Positions 28,447 to 38,057 of a stretch of 64,000 bases of DNA are shown here, in pieces (the stretch's first letter is position 1; every line of letters begins with the position of its first letter). The translations under genes were made by a program, and so were the position numbers. Below the pieces are notes generated by a model, which saw only the letters and a list, made by a program, of their open reading frames with translations, was not told the origin of the DNA and searched no databases. Origin of the DNA: Planctomycetales bacterium. GTDB taxonomy: Bacteria; Planctomycetota; Phycisphaerae; SM23-33. The stretch is from contig JAUWNJ010000001.1 in assembly GCA_030612725.1 (NCBI GenBank), positions 134,648-198,647 of the forward strand, read 5' to 3'.

Positions 28447-31440
28447 TCACTTTACTACCAGATTTACCAATCGGTCCGGTACGACGATTTTCTTGATGAT
28501 TGTTTTTCCTTCAACGGCGGCTGCGACTTTTGGCTCGGCCAGTGCGGCGGCGATGATTGTTTCTTCGGCGGCGTCGGCGCTGACGGTAATAAGTCCACGC
28601 ATCTTACCGTTGACCTGAACGGCCAGTTCGACCGTATCTTCAACCAGCAGCGATTCGTTATATTCCGGCCAGGGTTCGTAAGTCAGCGATTCGTCGTGCC
28701 CCAGTTTTTGCCAGAGTTCTTCGGCCAGGTGCGGCGCGAACGGCGCAAGAACCAATAAGAACCGCCCAGCCTGGCCCTTCGAAATCGCACCGGCCTTGAA
28801 AACCACGTTGACAAATTCCATCATCGCGGCAATTGCGGTGTTGAACTTCATGGCCTCGATGTCGTCGCCGGCCTTCCTGATGAGTTTGTGCAAGGCACGC
28901 TCGACTTTTTCGTCGCCGGCTTTGTCAATCAGTAACGATTGAATATCCTCACCACCCGCTATCATTCGCCAGACTCGATGCAGGAAGCGATGCACGCCGG
29001 GCACGTCGCGGGTGTTCCAGGGTTTGGAGGCCTCCAACGGCCCCATGAACATTTCGTACAGGCGGAAGGTGTCGGCTCCGTATTCGGCGATGACTTCGTC
29101 GGGGTTGACGACGTTCTTGAGGCTCTTGGACATTTTTTCGACGGATTCTGCCAGGACTTCGCCGGTTTGCCTGTGTACGGGTTTGTCGCCGGAGGTGTTC
29201 ACGTCCTCGTATCCGACGCAGACGCCGCGCTTGTCGCGGTAGGCATAGGAGCGGATCATGCCCTGGTTGAAGAGTTTTCCGAACGGTTCAGACCCGGAGA
29301 CATAGCCAAGGTCGAACAGCACCTTGTGCCAGAATCGCGAGTAGAGCAGATGCAGCACGGCATGCTCGGCTCCGCCGACGTAAAGGTCAATGCCACCGAT
29401 TGTGGATTGCGGATTGCGGATTGCGGATTCCTCGCTCGGCGGTTTCATCCAGTACTTTTCAACATCACTATTGCAGAAGGATTTGTCGTTTTTCGGGTCG
29501 AGGAAGCGGAGGTAGTACCAGCACGATCCTGCCCATTGCGGCATGGTGTTGACTTCACGTTTTGCAGGCCCGCCACAGGACGGGCAGGTGGTATTGTTCC
29601 AATCGGTCGCCTTTGCCAACGGCGGAGCCGGCGGGGCGTCGGGGTCGTCGCTGGCCGACGGGGTGAAGTCGTCCATCTCCGGCAACTTGAGTGGAAGTTG
29701 ATCTTCGCCCAGCGCGACCGTTCCGCACTTCTCGCAGTGGATAATCGGGAACGGCTCGCCCCAGTACCGCTGCCGGCTGAAGAGCCAGTCCCGCAACTTG
29801 TAATTCACAGCCGCCTGACCAAGCCCCTGCTCGTCAAGCCAGGCGGTAATCTTCTTCTTGAACTCCGCCGTCGTCATGCCGTCATACGGGCCGGAATTGA
29901 CGGCGATGCCATCGCCGGTGAAAGGCAACTTCTCTAGTACAATATCACTTCCCTCCAAACCAAAATCCTGCAGGAGACTTTCTATCTGCCGCTTAGGACC
30001 CCTAACCGTCATTTGGGAAGAGTCACTACTGATTGAGCCTCCAAGATAATATTTTTGTTGAACCAGACTTGGGCTACCTTTCTTTGAGAAAAAGATTCTC
30101 CTGTCAAAGGAACAATTATAACTTTCAACAACCCGTATAATTGGAAGATTAAACGCACCCGCAAATTCGTAGTCTCTTTCGTCGTGGGCCGGGACAGCCA
30201 TTATCGCGCCGGTGCCGTAACCCATCATTACATAGTCAGCCACCCAGATAGGAATTTTCTCGTCGTTGACCGGATTAATCGCATAAGCGCCGGTGAAGAC
30301 GCCGGTTTTTTCCTTCGTATCAGCGGTGCGGTCGAGTTCGGATTTGTGGGAGGCTTCTTGTACATACCTGTCAACCGCATCTCGCTGCTCGTCGGTGGTA
30401 ATCTGCTCTACCAGCGGATGCTCCGGCGCGAGGACCATATATGTAGCGCCAAACAAAGTATCGGGGCGTGTGGTATAGACTCTTATAACTTCATCATTAC
30501 CCACAACAGTAAAATCAACATCGGCCCCCTCGCTTCTACCGATCCAGTTTCGCTGCATAATCTTTATCGACTCAGGCCAGTCGAGTTCGTCCAGCCCTTC
30601 CAGCAGGCGGTCGGAATATGCGGTGATGCGGAGCATCCATTGCTTGAGGTTCTTGCGATAGACAGGCCAGTCGCCGCGGTCGGATTTGCCTTCGTTGGTA
30701 ACTTCCTCGTTGGAAAGAACCGTCCCGAGTTTCGGGCACCAGTTGACCGGAACCTCCGCCATGTACGCCAGGCGGTATTCGTCAATCAGCCGGCGCTGCT
30801 GGTCGGGGGCAAGTTTCTGGAACTTCCTCTGGCCGTAGGCGACGCCCTCCAGACTTATGTTTGGAATCCGGTTATAGGGAGCCACGGGGACGACGTTTCC
30901 GCCTGCATCTACAGCCAGTTCGCCGGAAAAGAGTTTGTCAATCAGTTCCTCGATCGGCCTGGCTGCGTCGGCGTCCGGGTCGTACCAACTGTTGAACATC
31001 TTCAGGAAAATCCACTGTGTCCAGCGGTAGTAGTCCGGCTCGGTCGTAGCCAAACGGCGCGACCAGTCGTAACTGAAGCCGAACATCTTTATCTGACGCT
31101 CGATGTTGGCGATGTTGGCAGCCGTGGTTTCGCGCGGGTGGACGCCGTGCTCGACGGCGTATTGTTCCGCCGGCAGGCCGAAGGAATCGTAACCCATCGG
31201 GTGCAGGACATTGAAACCCCTCATCCGCTTATAGCGGGCGACAATGTCGGTGGCAGTGTATCCTTCCGGGTGTCCGACGTGCAGGCCTGCGCCGGACGGG
31301 TACGGGAACATGTCCAGGATGTAGAACTTGGGCTTATCGGCGAAATCCGCCTCATCCGGGTTAGGCTGGACGAAAGTCCCGTTTTCCTGCCAATACGCCT
31401 GCCACTTCTTCTCAATTTCCGTAAAATCGTATTTTTCCAT
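28447..31440 (-). CDS. leuS: Leucyl-tRNA synthetase
   Basis: HVGHPEGY (HIGH motif), KMSKS, and editing and anticodon-binding domains. Start taken at MEKYDF (31440) rather than the track's upstream alternative start. Confidence 0.9.
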   Translation of the reverse strand: MEKYDFTEIEKKWQAYWQENGTFVQPNPDEADFADKPKFYILDMFPYPSGAGLHVGHPEGYTATDIVARYKRMRGFNVLHPMGYDSFGLPAEQYAVEHGVHPRETTAANIANIERQIKMFGFSYDWSRRLATTEPDYYRWTQWIFLKMFNSWYDPDADAARPIEELIDKLFSGELAVDAGGNVVPVAPYNRIPNISLEGVAYGQRKFQKLAPDQQRRLIDEYRLAYMAEVPVNWCPKLGTVLSNEEVTNEGKSDRGDWPVYRKNLKQWMLRITAYSDRLLEGLDELDWPESIKIMQRNWIGRSEGADVDFTVVGNDEVIRVYTTRPDTLFGATYMVLAPEHPLVEQITTDEQRDAVDRYVQEASHKSELDRTADTKEKTGVFTGAYAINPVNDEKIPIWVADYVMMGYGTGAIMAVPAHDERDYEFAGAFNLPIIRVVESYNCSFDRRIFFSKKGSPSLVQQKYYLGGSISSDSSQMTVRGPKRQIESLLQDFGLEGSDIVLEKLPFTGDGIAVNSGPYDGMTTAEFKKKITAWLDEQGLGQAAVNYKLRDWLFSRQRYWGEPFPIIHCEKCGTVALGEDQLPLKLPEMDDFTPSASDDPDAPPAPPLAKATDWNNTTCPSCGGPAKREVNTMPQWAGSCWYYLRFLDPKNDKSFCNSDVEKYWMKPPSEESAIRNPQSTIGGIDLYVGGAEHAVLHLLYSRFWHKVLFDLGYVSGSEPFGKLFNQGMIRSYAYRDKRGVCVGYEDVNTSGDKPVHRQTGEVLAESVEKMSKSLKNVVNPDEVIAEYGADTFRLYEMFMGPLEASKPWNTRDVPGVHRFLHRVWRMIAGGEDIQSLLIDKAGDEKVERALHKLIRKAGDDIEAMKFNTAIAAMMEFVNVVFKAGAISKGQAGRFLLVLAPFAPHLAEELWQKLGHDESLTYEPWPEYNESLLVEDTVELAVQVNGKMRGLITVSADAAEETIIAAALAEPKVAAAVEGKTIIKKIVVPDRLVNLVVK
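29401..29430. repeat. (CGGATTG)x3 / (CAATCCG)x3 heptamer repeat, in-frame inside leuS
   Basis: TGTGGATTGCGGATTGCGGATTGCGGATTCC encodes [10 protein letters not shown] on the minus strand, inside a roughly 15-aa insertion relative to canonical LeuS before the GG.EH region. Confidence 0.75.
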
Positions 31441-31445
31441 TATTA

Positions 31446-31751
31446 TCACCAATCGCTCATGCGTTTGTGGACCTGCCGGCAAGTCATTCCGATAATCAGA
31501 AATTCCTTTCGCGGATTCGTCGGGCCTGATACCAGCGTTACGTCTTTTTTGCTCACGCCGAGCGCGTTTGCCAGTATAGCGGCAACGGCCTTGTTGGCCT
31601 TGCCTTTCTCCGCCGGTTGTGATGTCGCTATCTTCAGGCAATCGCCCAACACGCCGACGATCCGATCCCGCGACGCGCCCGGCACGACCTTCACCGGAAT
31701 GACTGTACCATCATGAACGTCTCGAATGCTGATTCCAGCAATTTCTGTCAT
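31446..31751 (-). CDS. DUF167/YggU-family protein
   Basis: [14 protein letters not shown]...[38 protein letters not shown] is characteristic of DUF167. Confidence 0.6.
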   Translation of the reverse strand: MTEIAGISIRDVHDGTVIPVKVVPGASRDRIVGVLGDCLKIATSQPAEKGKANKAVAAILANALGVSKKDVTLVSGPTNPRKEFLIIGMTCRQVHKRMSDW

Positions 31752-31789
31752 TGAACAGATTTCCAATTTTCAATTAATACTACAGTGCA

Positions 31790-32060
31790 GCCTATCCAGG
31801 ATGATAATTGTTTAGTCCCGAAGGGACAAGGGATGGTAGCCGTGGGCGTCAGCCCACGGACATCGGTGATACAACAACTTCAGCCCCGGAGGGGCGCCGG
31901 AAAACTCGCTAATAGACTTCCACTCGTCATACGTTCTTTCCGACGTCCCTTCGGGACTAAATTTTTCCGGCCTTTCTCCGGGGGCTTACGCCCCCGGCTA
32001 CTGTCCTCCGGCCCTTCGGGCCTGTGATAGGTTACGGTAACCGAAAGGGCCGCCGAATGT
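31790..32060. other. Hairpin-dense non-coding region of about 270 nt: candidate structured ncRNA or REP cluster
   Basis: AGTCCCGAAGGGAC and GTCCCTTCGGGACT are mutually complementary 130 nt apart. There are also local hairpins GCCGTGGGCGTCAGCCCACGG, CCGGGGGCTTACGCCCCCGG, GGCCCTTCGGGCC and GGTTACGGTAACC (tetraloop-like UUCG/GNRA). Confidence 0.35.
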
Positions 32061-32085
32061 TCTTTCAATTGGCAATTGGCAATCA

Positions 32086-32643
32086 TTACAGCATCCCTTC
32101 CTGTTTCGCGTAATCGAACACTCCTCCGGCTGCGATGATTGGTCCGACGTCGCCGAGCGGCGATAGGTCGAATTGCTCGGAAGTTCGCAGGTTCTTCAGC
32201 ACGGCAGCGGCAGTGTCTATCTCGATCTCGTCGCCGGTGGTGAATTTTTCCACCAGGCGATTCGGCGTCTCGAACGGTACGAGGTATCCGCCGTTGACGC
32301 TGTTGCGATAGAAGATTCTCGCGTATGACTGGGCCACGACGACTGATACGCCCGCTTCGGCCAGCGCCAGCGGCGCATGCTCGCGTGACGAGCCACAGCC
32401 GAAGTTTTTACCGGCAATAACCACGGTGAATTCGCTGGCGAATTCGTCGCCGACGACAAATGGGATGTTCCCATCGGGCAGACCCGACTGCGTCGGCGGG
32501 ACGCCGATGAGGGCGTACTTTCCGAAATACCTGCGTTCGTCCGCGTCGGCGGGGTTGTAGGAAAGATACTCGGCTGGGATTATCTGGTCGGTGTCGATGT
32601 TGTCGCCGAGAACAAACACCTTTCCGCGAATGACATTTTCCAT
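32086..32643 (-). CDS. leuD: 3-isopropylmalate dehydratase small subunit (LeuD-like, short type)
   Basis: IDTDQIIP, GCGSSREHAP, YARIFYRN; no adjacent leuC. Confidence 0.7.
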   Translation of the reverse strand: MENVIRGKVFVLGDNIDTDQIIPAEYLSYNPADADERRYFGKYALIGVPPTQSGLPDGNIPFVVGDEFASEFTVVIAGKNFGCGSSREHAPLALAEAGVSVVVAQSYARIFYRNSVNGGYLVPFETPNRLVEKFTTGDEIEIDTAAAVLKNLRTSEQFDLSPLGDVGPIIAAGGVFDYAKQEGML

Positions 32644-32700
32644 ATTTTTATCCTTTCGATGGTTCGCAGGTATTCTATCGCATGGTGCAGTGTTCCGAAA

Positions 32701-32770
32701 GGTTAGAGGTTAGAGGTTAGGTTCCGCGATAGTGAGCGGTTGTCTGTTTTCTCACCTCTCACCTCTCACC
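32701..32770. repeat. (GGTTAGA)x3 followed by (TCTCACC)x3: imperfect inverted tandem heptamers
   Basis: GGTTAGAGGTTAGAGGTTAGG ...34 nt... TCTCACCTCTCACCTCTCACC. The arms can pair 8 of 9 positions. Further on, the GGAGGGAGACCT motif is duplicated (32795-32806 and 32845-32856). Confidence 0.5.
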
Positions 32771-33061
32771 TTAAAAAAAGGGCGACACCCAGGCGGAGGG
32801 AGACCTGAGAATCGCCCCTACTTGCCGCAACCCTTGGTGCAGGTGGAGGGAGACCTACACCTTAAGTGGGTGCGGCGGACATTCGCGACAATAACGCCTA
32901 TCCGATTTTTCCGATTATTACATTACTACGTTATTCTTCGACAAAACCGAAGAAAATTCTTGAGAATTTTTTTCGCCTCGCGTACCTTTCCCATCAACTT
33001 TAACGATTTTGCCGGTTTATAGTTCTGATCTTCAGCCTGTTTTTTGTTCGTTCACTCGCTA

Positions 33062-36000
33062 TCAACTGCATCCCAACGATGCGCCACAGTTAAAGCATTT
33101 ATAACAGTTCCCGTTTCGTACCGTAATCGCTCCGCATACGTCGCATGGCGGGGCGTCCTCCTGGAAATGTGAGAACTGCTGATCGATACGATTGATGGTA
33201 CGCACTGCCTTCATTTTCTCAAGCCCAGCCGCTGTAAGATCGTCCGGATTGTGGTCGTTTTCGCCGTTTCCGCCGTCACCACCTGTAAGTAAATCGGCGC
33301 CGGGGGCCGGTACATCCTTGCTGCCGGTCCGGCCGGCGCCTCGCATCCCGGGGGCTGAATCATCCTTGCTGCCACCCGCAGAAACCGGAACTGTTGACCC
33401 GCCGCGACCTGCCGTGCGACCCGTCGCGGTAGTCATACCGGTTTGGTTCAAAAAATTCATGTCCAACCAGCGGAATATATAATCAACGATACTCTTGGCG
33501 AACGGGATGTCCGGATTTGCGGTCATTCCGCCCGGTTCGAAACGCTGGTGCGAGAATTTTCTCGTCAAAGCGTCCAGCGGGACGCCGTACTGGAGGCACA
33601 GGCTGATTGCCGTTGCGAATGCGTCCATCATTCCGCCGACGGTCGAACCTTCCTTGGCCATTGTGATGAACACCTCGCCTGGAACACCGTCGTCGTGCAG
33701 TCCGACGGTTATGTACCCCTCGTGCCCGCCGACCTCGAACTTATGAGTCAGCGACTGGCGAGTCGCCGGAAGACGACGCCGGCGGGGGAGCGGCTTGGAC
33801 GAAGAAGTTTCGACTTTGGTTTTTTCAGGCTCCTCGACCTCTTCGTCGTCTTTTTTCAGGTTCAAAGGTTGGGAAACCTTTGAACCGTCGCGATAGATAG
33901 CAACGGCTTTGAGTCCCATCTTCCATCCGCTGATGAAAGCGTCACGAATATCATCGACGGTCGAATCTTTGGGCATGTTGACGGTCTTTGAGATCGCCCC
34001 GGACAGGAAAGGCTGGACCGCCGCCATCATTCGCAGGTGCCCGGTGTAGTGGATGGATCGGTTGCCGTTGACCGGCTTGAAGGCGCAATCGAATATCGCC
34101 AGATGCTTTTCATTCATATCGGGCGCCCCTTCGATTGTGTCGTTTTCTTCGATGTGCTGGAGTATCCGCCCGATCTGCTCCTTACTGTACTCAAGCCTCT
34201 CCAGCGCCAGCGGGACGGTCTGGTTGACGAGTTTGAACATTCCCCCACCGGCCAGTATCTTATACTTCACCAGCGCGATGTCAGGCTCAACACCGGTAGT
34301 GTCGCAGTCCATCAGGAACCCGATCGTACCGGTCGGCGCAAGCAATGTAGCCTGTGCGTTTCGGTATCCGCTGGTCAGACCGGCTGCGATTGCTTCGTCC
34401 CAACCGGTGCGGGCAGCGTCGATCATCTCGGTCGGGCAGGCCGAGCGGTCTATGTCCTCGACTGCCTGACGGTGCATCCGCATCACGTTAATCATCGCTC
34501 GTCGGTTAGGGGCGAACTCCGGGAACGGACCGATCTGACTGGCGAGTTCGGCGCTGGTTGCGTATGCTTCTGCCGTCATTATCGCCGTTATGGCGGCGGC
34601 TACGGCGCGTCCGGGATCGCTGTCGTATGCCCATCCAAGACTCATAATCAGCGCGCCGAGGTTCGCATAACCAAGCCCCAGCGGGCGGAACTCGTGACTG
34701 TTGCGGCAAATCTTCTCCGTCGGATAACTGGCGTGATCTATTATCGTCTCCTGGGCGATAATGAATATCCTCGCGGCGCGACGGAAACCGTCTATATCAA
34801 ACGAACCGTCCGCCTGGCGGAACTTCATCAGGTTGATACTCGCAAGGTTGCACGCAGAATCGTCAAGGAACATATACTCGCTGCACGGGTTGGAGGCGTT
34901 TATCCGACCGCTGACCGGGCAGGTGTGCCAATCGTTAATTGTCGTGTCGTACTGCACGCCCGGATCGCCGCAGAGATGGCAACTCGAAGCCATTTTTTTG
35001 AGCAACTCGGCTGCACGATACCGACCTGTTACCTTCTCGGGATCAGTAACAGCGTGCGTGCACCATTCCCGGTCGTTCTGGGCGGCCTGGAGAAAATCCT
35101 CCGTCAATCGAATCGACAGATTGGAGTTCTGGTACATCACCGTCCCGTAGGCTTCGCCGTTGTAATCGCCGTCGTAACCGGCGTCTATAAGCGCCCAGGC
35201 CTTCTTTTCCTCTTTGGCTTTGCACTCGATAAATTCGAGGATGTCCGGATGGTCGCATCTTAGCGATTGCATCTTGGCGGCCCGGCGGGTCTTACCACCG
35301 GACTTGACGACGGCGGCTATCTGGTCGAAGACGCGCATGAAACTCAACGGACCGGAAGGAATCCCGCCGCCGGAAAGTTTCTCCTTGCTCGACCGAAGCG
35401 TCGAGAGGTCCGTTCCCGTCCCGGAACCATACTTGAAGAGCATCGCCTCCGAAGCCGCCAGGCGCATGATGTCTTCCATCGTGTCATCGACGCTCTGGAT
35501 AAAACAGGCTGAACACTGCGGGTATTTATAACCCTGAAGCGTCTTGGCCGGCGATTTGCTCTGCTTGTCCCAATGGAAATTACCTTCCGAACCTTCCACG
35601 CCTTTGACGTGGAAAAGCCCTACGTTGAACCATACCGGGGAATTGAACGCCCCGTACTGATTCAGGCACAACCAGGACAATTCGTCATGGAAAGCATCGG
35701 CGTCGGCGTCGGAAGCGAAGACGCCGTCCTCGCGCGCCCAGTCGGCGATGGTCCGGCTGACACGGTGAATCAACTCCCGCACCGATTTTTCGCGCTCCGG
35801 CGTATCCTGCTCGCCGAAGAAATATTTACTGACGACGACGTTTGTAGCCAATTGGCTCCACTGTTCGGGAACCTCCACGTCGTTCTGTTCGAAGATAACT
35901 TCTCCGTTTTCGTCTTTGATGGAGGCAGAGCGTTTCTCCCAGGTTATCTGTTCGAAGGGATCGACCCCTTCGGGGCAGAAATGCCTTTCCACCCGAAGCC

Positions 36001-36079
36001 CGTCCGGCGCATCCCTGATTGCCTCTGTCTCGCCAACACCGTCCTGATCCGTCAGTACCGAAGAAGAATGAACTGTCAT
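33062..36079 (-). CDS. nrdJ: Class II (adenosylcobalamin-dependent) ribonucleotide reductase
   Basis: About 1000 aa; ten-stranded barrel motifs (NPCSE...); C-terminal CDVCG...CYKCFNCG zinc ribbon. Confidence 0.85.
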   Translation of the reverse strand: MTVHSSSVLTDQDGVGETEAIRDAPDGLRVERHFCPEGVDPFEQITWEKRSASIKDENGEVIFEQNDVEVPEQWSQLATNVVVSKYFFGEQDTPEREKSVRELIHRVSRTIADWAREDGVFASDADADAFHDELSWLCLNQYGAFNSPVWFNVGLFHVKGVEGSEGNFHWDKQSKSPAKTLQGYKYPQCSACFIQSVDDTMEDIMRLAASEAMLFKYGSGTGTDLSTLRSSKEKLSGGGIPSGPLSFMRVFDQIAAVVKSGGKTRRAAKMQSLRCDHPDILEFIECKAKEEKKAWALIDAGYDGDYNGEAYGTVMYQNSNLSIRLTEDFLQAAQNDREWCTHAVTDPEKVTGRYRAAELLKKMASSCHLCGDPGVQYDTTINDWHTCPVSGRINASNPCSEYMFLDDSACNLASINLMKFRQADGSFDIDGFRRAARIFIIAQETIIDHASYPTEKICRNSHEFRPLGLGYANLGALIMSLGWAYDSDPGRAVAAAITAIMTAEAYATSAELASQIGPFPEFAPNRRAMINVMRMHRQAVEDIDRSACPTEMIDAARTGWDEAIAAGLTSGYRNAQATLLAPTGTIGFLMDCDTTGVEPDIALVKYKILAGGGMFKLVNQTVPLALERLEYSKEQIGRILQHIEENDTIEGAPDMNEKHLAIFDCAFKPVNGNRSIHYTGHLRMMAAVQPFLSGAISKTVNMPKDSTVDDIRDAFISGWKMGLKAVAIYRDGSKVSQPLNLKKDDEEVEEPEKTKVETSSSKPLPRRRRLPATRQSLTHKFEVGGHEGYITVGLHDDGVPGEVFITMAKEGSTVGGMMDAFATAISLCLQYGVPLDALTRKFSHQRFEPGGMTANPDIPFAKSIVDYIFRWLDMNFLNQTGMTTATGRTAGRGGSTVPVSAGGSKDDSAPGMRGAGRTGSKDVPAPGADLLTGGDGGNGENDHNPDDLTAAGLEKMKAVRTINRIDQQFSHFQEDAPPCDVCGAITVRNGNCYKCFNCGASLGCS

Positions 36080-36287
36080 CAGATACCTCTTGCTACTTTG
36101 TTCTAATAAGAATGAATAAAACGATTAATTCGACGAAACAACTCTGACCTGATAAAGATTCGAATCCCACCGCCGCCATACGGGACGCTTTTTCACCGCG
36201 GACTAACCAAGTCCAAACCCCGTGAGAATTACTACCCGCCGAGGATTTGGGAACAGAATCGACAAAGAGCTACGCGTTACCACACTG

Positions 36288-36340
36288 TCCCGCAATCATC
36301 AAGCATAACCCTATATGTTGAGGTGGTCAAGCAATATTTA
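36288..36340. promoter_or_regulatory. Pair of NrdR-box-like AT palindromes about 210-260 nt upstream of nrdJ
   Basis: CCCTATATGTTG and CAAAATATAGTGC have centres about 31-35 bp apart, resembling tandem NrdR operators (acaCTATATaTaGtgt). Confidence 0.3.
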
Positions 36341-36756
36341 ACCAAAATATAGTGCTTTTTTATAAGTGTCGTTCTCTAAAGGGATTCCCTTCAATAAAAA
36401 ATTTGCCCAACAGGAATTAACACCCCCGAATTACTGTTTTTACCGAGATTGATACCATATGGTGGGTGCAATGCGCTCGGCAGGCACAAATTGTGGAAAT
36501 CCTGTTGGAAGGTGTTGGTAATTTTCCTGTTATGAGGTGATACCGCGTACGATAAGTTAATGCGCCCGTCTGAGATAAACGAGTCGCGATTGCAAGGGAG
36601 CGGTCATTAAGACTTTCGCATTGGTCTGACCGCTCGCTTGCGGTCGCGGCTGGTAAGATGCTCCTGCACGATGAGCGCATTATTTTTCGTACGTGGTATC
36701 TCTCGCCAGGCGATCAAAAAACTTTCACTTCAACTTGACTTACTGTCGAGTCGATG

Positions 36757-36777
36757 TTATTATGAACGCAGGTTCAT
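36757..36777. promoter_or_regulatory. Perfect 9-4-9 palindrome 13 nt upstream of the DUF134 start codon; candidate autoregulatory operator
   Basis: GTTATGAAC-GCAG-GTTCATAAC. Confidence 0.5.
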
Positions 36778-36789
36778 AACGAGATAATT

Positions 36790-37170
36790 ATGCCCAGACC
36801 CAGATTACAACGGATAGTATCGGCTCAACCGGTCGTTACGGTTTATAAGCCGGCCGGCGTACCCGCCGGCTCTCTTGAGTGGGTCAATCTTACACTTGAT
36901 GAGTTCGAGGCGATCAGATTGATTGATGGCGAGGGTTTGGACCAGGAATCCGCTGCGGGACAAATGGGCATTTCCCGCCCGACGGTAACGCGGATATTGG
37001 CTTCTGCCCGGGGTAAAATTGCCCGGTTCCTCACGCACGGTCATGCTCTTCTGATTCAGGGCGGCCCGGTTATTTCCCCTCTTCCCGGGCGCGGACCTGG
37101 AAGAGGTGGGGGGTTGGGTCGTGGTCGCGGCGGACGCGGTGGACGCGGAAGAGGAAGAATGGGAATATGA
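36790..37170 (+). CDS. DUF134 (UPF0251) predicted DNA-binding protein with a C-terminal RGG/Gly-Arg tail
   Basis: MPRPRLQRIVSAQP...YKPAGVP...LTLDEFEAIRLIDGEGLDQESAAGQMGISRPTVTRILASARGKIA matches the DUF134 core; tail GRGPGRGGGLGRGRGGRGGRGRGRMGI. Confidence 0.6.
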   Translation: MPRPRLQRIVSAQPVVTVYKPAGVPAGSLEWVNLTLDEFEAIRLIDGEGLDQESAAGQMGISRPTVTRILASARGKIARFLTHGHALLIQGGPVISPLPGRGPGRGGGLGRGRGGRGGRGRGRMGI

Positions 37171-38057
37171 AAACGTTTTTCGATTGCATTCCGTGTTTTG
37201 TACACCAGTCGCTGGACTCGGTTCGGATGACGACGACTGACGAGGCGGTCCACGAGCGGCTGCTGCGCGAGGTACTGCGAACCCTCGCCGAGATGGACAT
37301 GCGCCAGTCGCCGCCGGCAATGGCCAAACGCATCCACCGAATTATTCGGGAGATGACAGGCCAAGCCGATCCGTACCACGACGCCAAGGAGCGATTCAAT
37401 CGGTTGGCAATGGATATTTATCCGGAACTCGCCGCGCAGGTCGAGCGTTCAGCGAATCCGCTCGAAACGGCTGTTCGTCTGGCGATCGCCGGTAATGTCA
37501 TAGATATGGGCGTGAACCATAACCTGAGCGACGAACATGTCCACGAGGGTATCGACCATGCCCTGGACGCGCCGTTTGAGGCCGACATTGCCGCATTTGG
37601 CGAAGAGATTTCGAACGCGGCAAATATCCTCTATCTCGCCGACAACGCGGGCGAGATCGTCTTTGACCAACTGCTGATAAAGCAGTTGTTGGCCGAGAAG
37701 GTAACGGTCGCGGTCAAAGGTTCGCCAATCATAAACGACGCCACAATGGAAGACGCCGAAACGACCGGCCTGACCAAACTGGTAAAAGTTATCGATAACG
37801 GTTCGGACGCGCCCGGCACGATTCTTGAAGATTGCAGCGACGATTTTCGACGGCGTTTCGACGAAGCGGACCTGGTCATCGCCAAGGGTCAGGGCAACTA
37901 CGAGACGCTCAATGAGGTCGGAAGGGACATTTTTTTCATTCTCAAGGCCAAATGTCCGGTAATCGCCAGAGATATTGGTTGCCATGTCGGCAGCCTGGTT
38001 TTGCGTCGGTCCCGGTCAACAATAATGAAAGAAGGTGATAGTCATGCCAAGAGGTAA
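37167..38057 (+). CDS. DUF89-family protein (ARMT1-like metal-dependent damage-control phosphatase fold)
   Basis: N-terminal CIPCFVHQ; RLAIAGNVIDMG; GSPIINDAT; strong resemblance to archaeal stand-alone DUF89 proteins. Overlaps the DUF134 stop by 4 nt. Confidence 0.6.
   Translation: MKTFFDCIPCFVHQSLDSVRMTTTDEAVHERLLREVLRTLAEMDMRQSPPAMAKRIHRIIREMTGQADPYHDAKERFNRLAMDIYPELAAQVERSANPLETAVRLAIAGNVIDMGVNHNLSDEHVHEGIDHALDAPFEADIAAFGEEISNAANILYLADNAGEIVFDQLLIKQLLAEKVTVAVKGSPIINDATMEDAETTGLTKLVKVIDNGSDAPGTILEDCSDDFRRRFDEADLVIAKGQGNYETLNEVGRDIFFILKAKCPVIARDIGCHVGSLVLRRSRSTIMKEGDSHAKR

Noticed and set aside
29990-30140. Intein in leuS
   Set aside because: No Cys/Ser at the N-terminal junction, no His-Asn at the C-terminal junction, and the segment is only about 70 aa.
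30184-31716. 510-aa plus-strand ORF
   Set aside because: It is antisense to leuS, whose motifs (HIGH, KMSKS) are unambiguous.
31790-32060. RNase P RNA, tmRNA or SRP RNA
   Set aside because: The conserved sequence blocks of these RNAs are not present, so the region is listed only as an unclassified structured candidate.
34037-35263. 408-aa plus-strand ORF
   Set aside because: It is antisense to nrdJ.
36417-36680. 87-aa minus-strand ORF within the nrdJ leader
   Set aside because: The translation is Cys/Arg-rich with no signal or motif and there is no RBS. It is more likely non-coding leader sequence.
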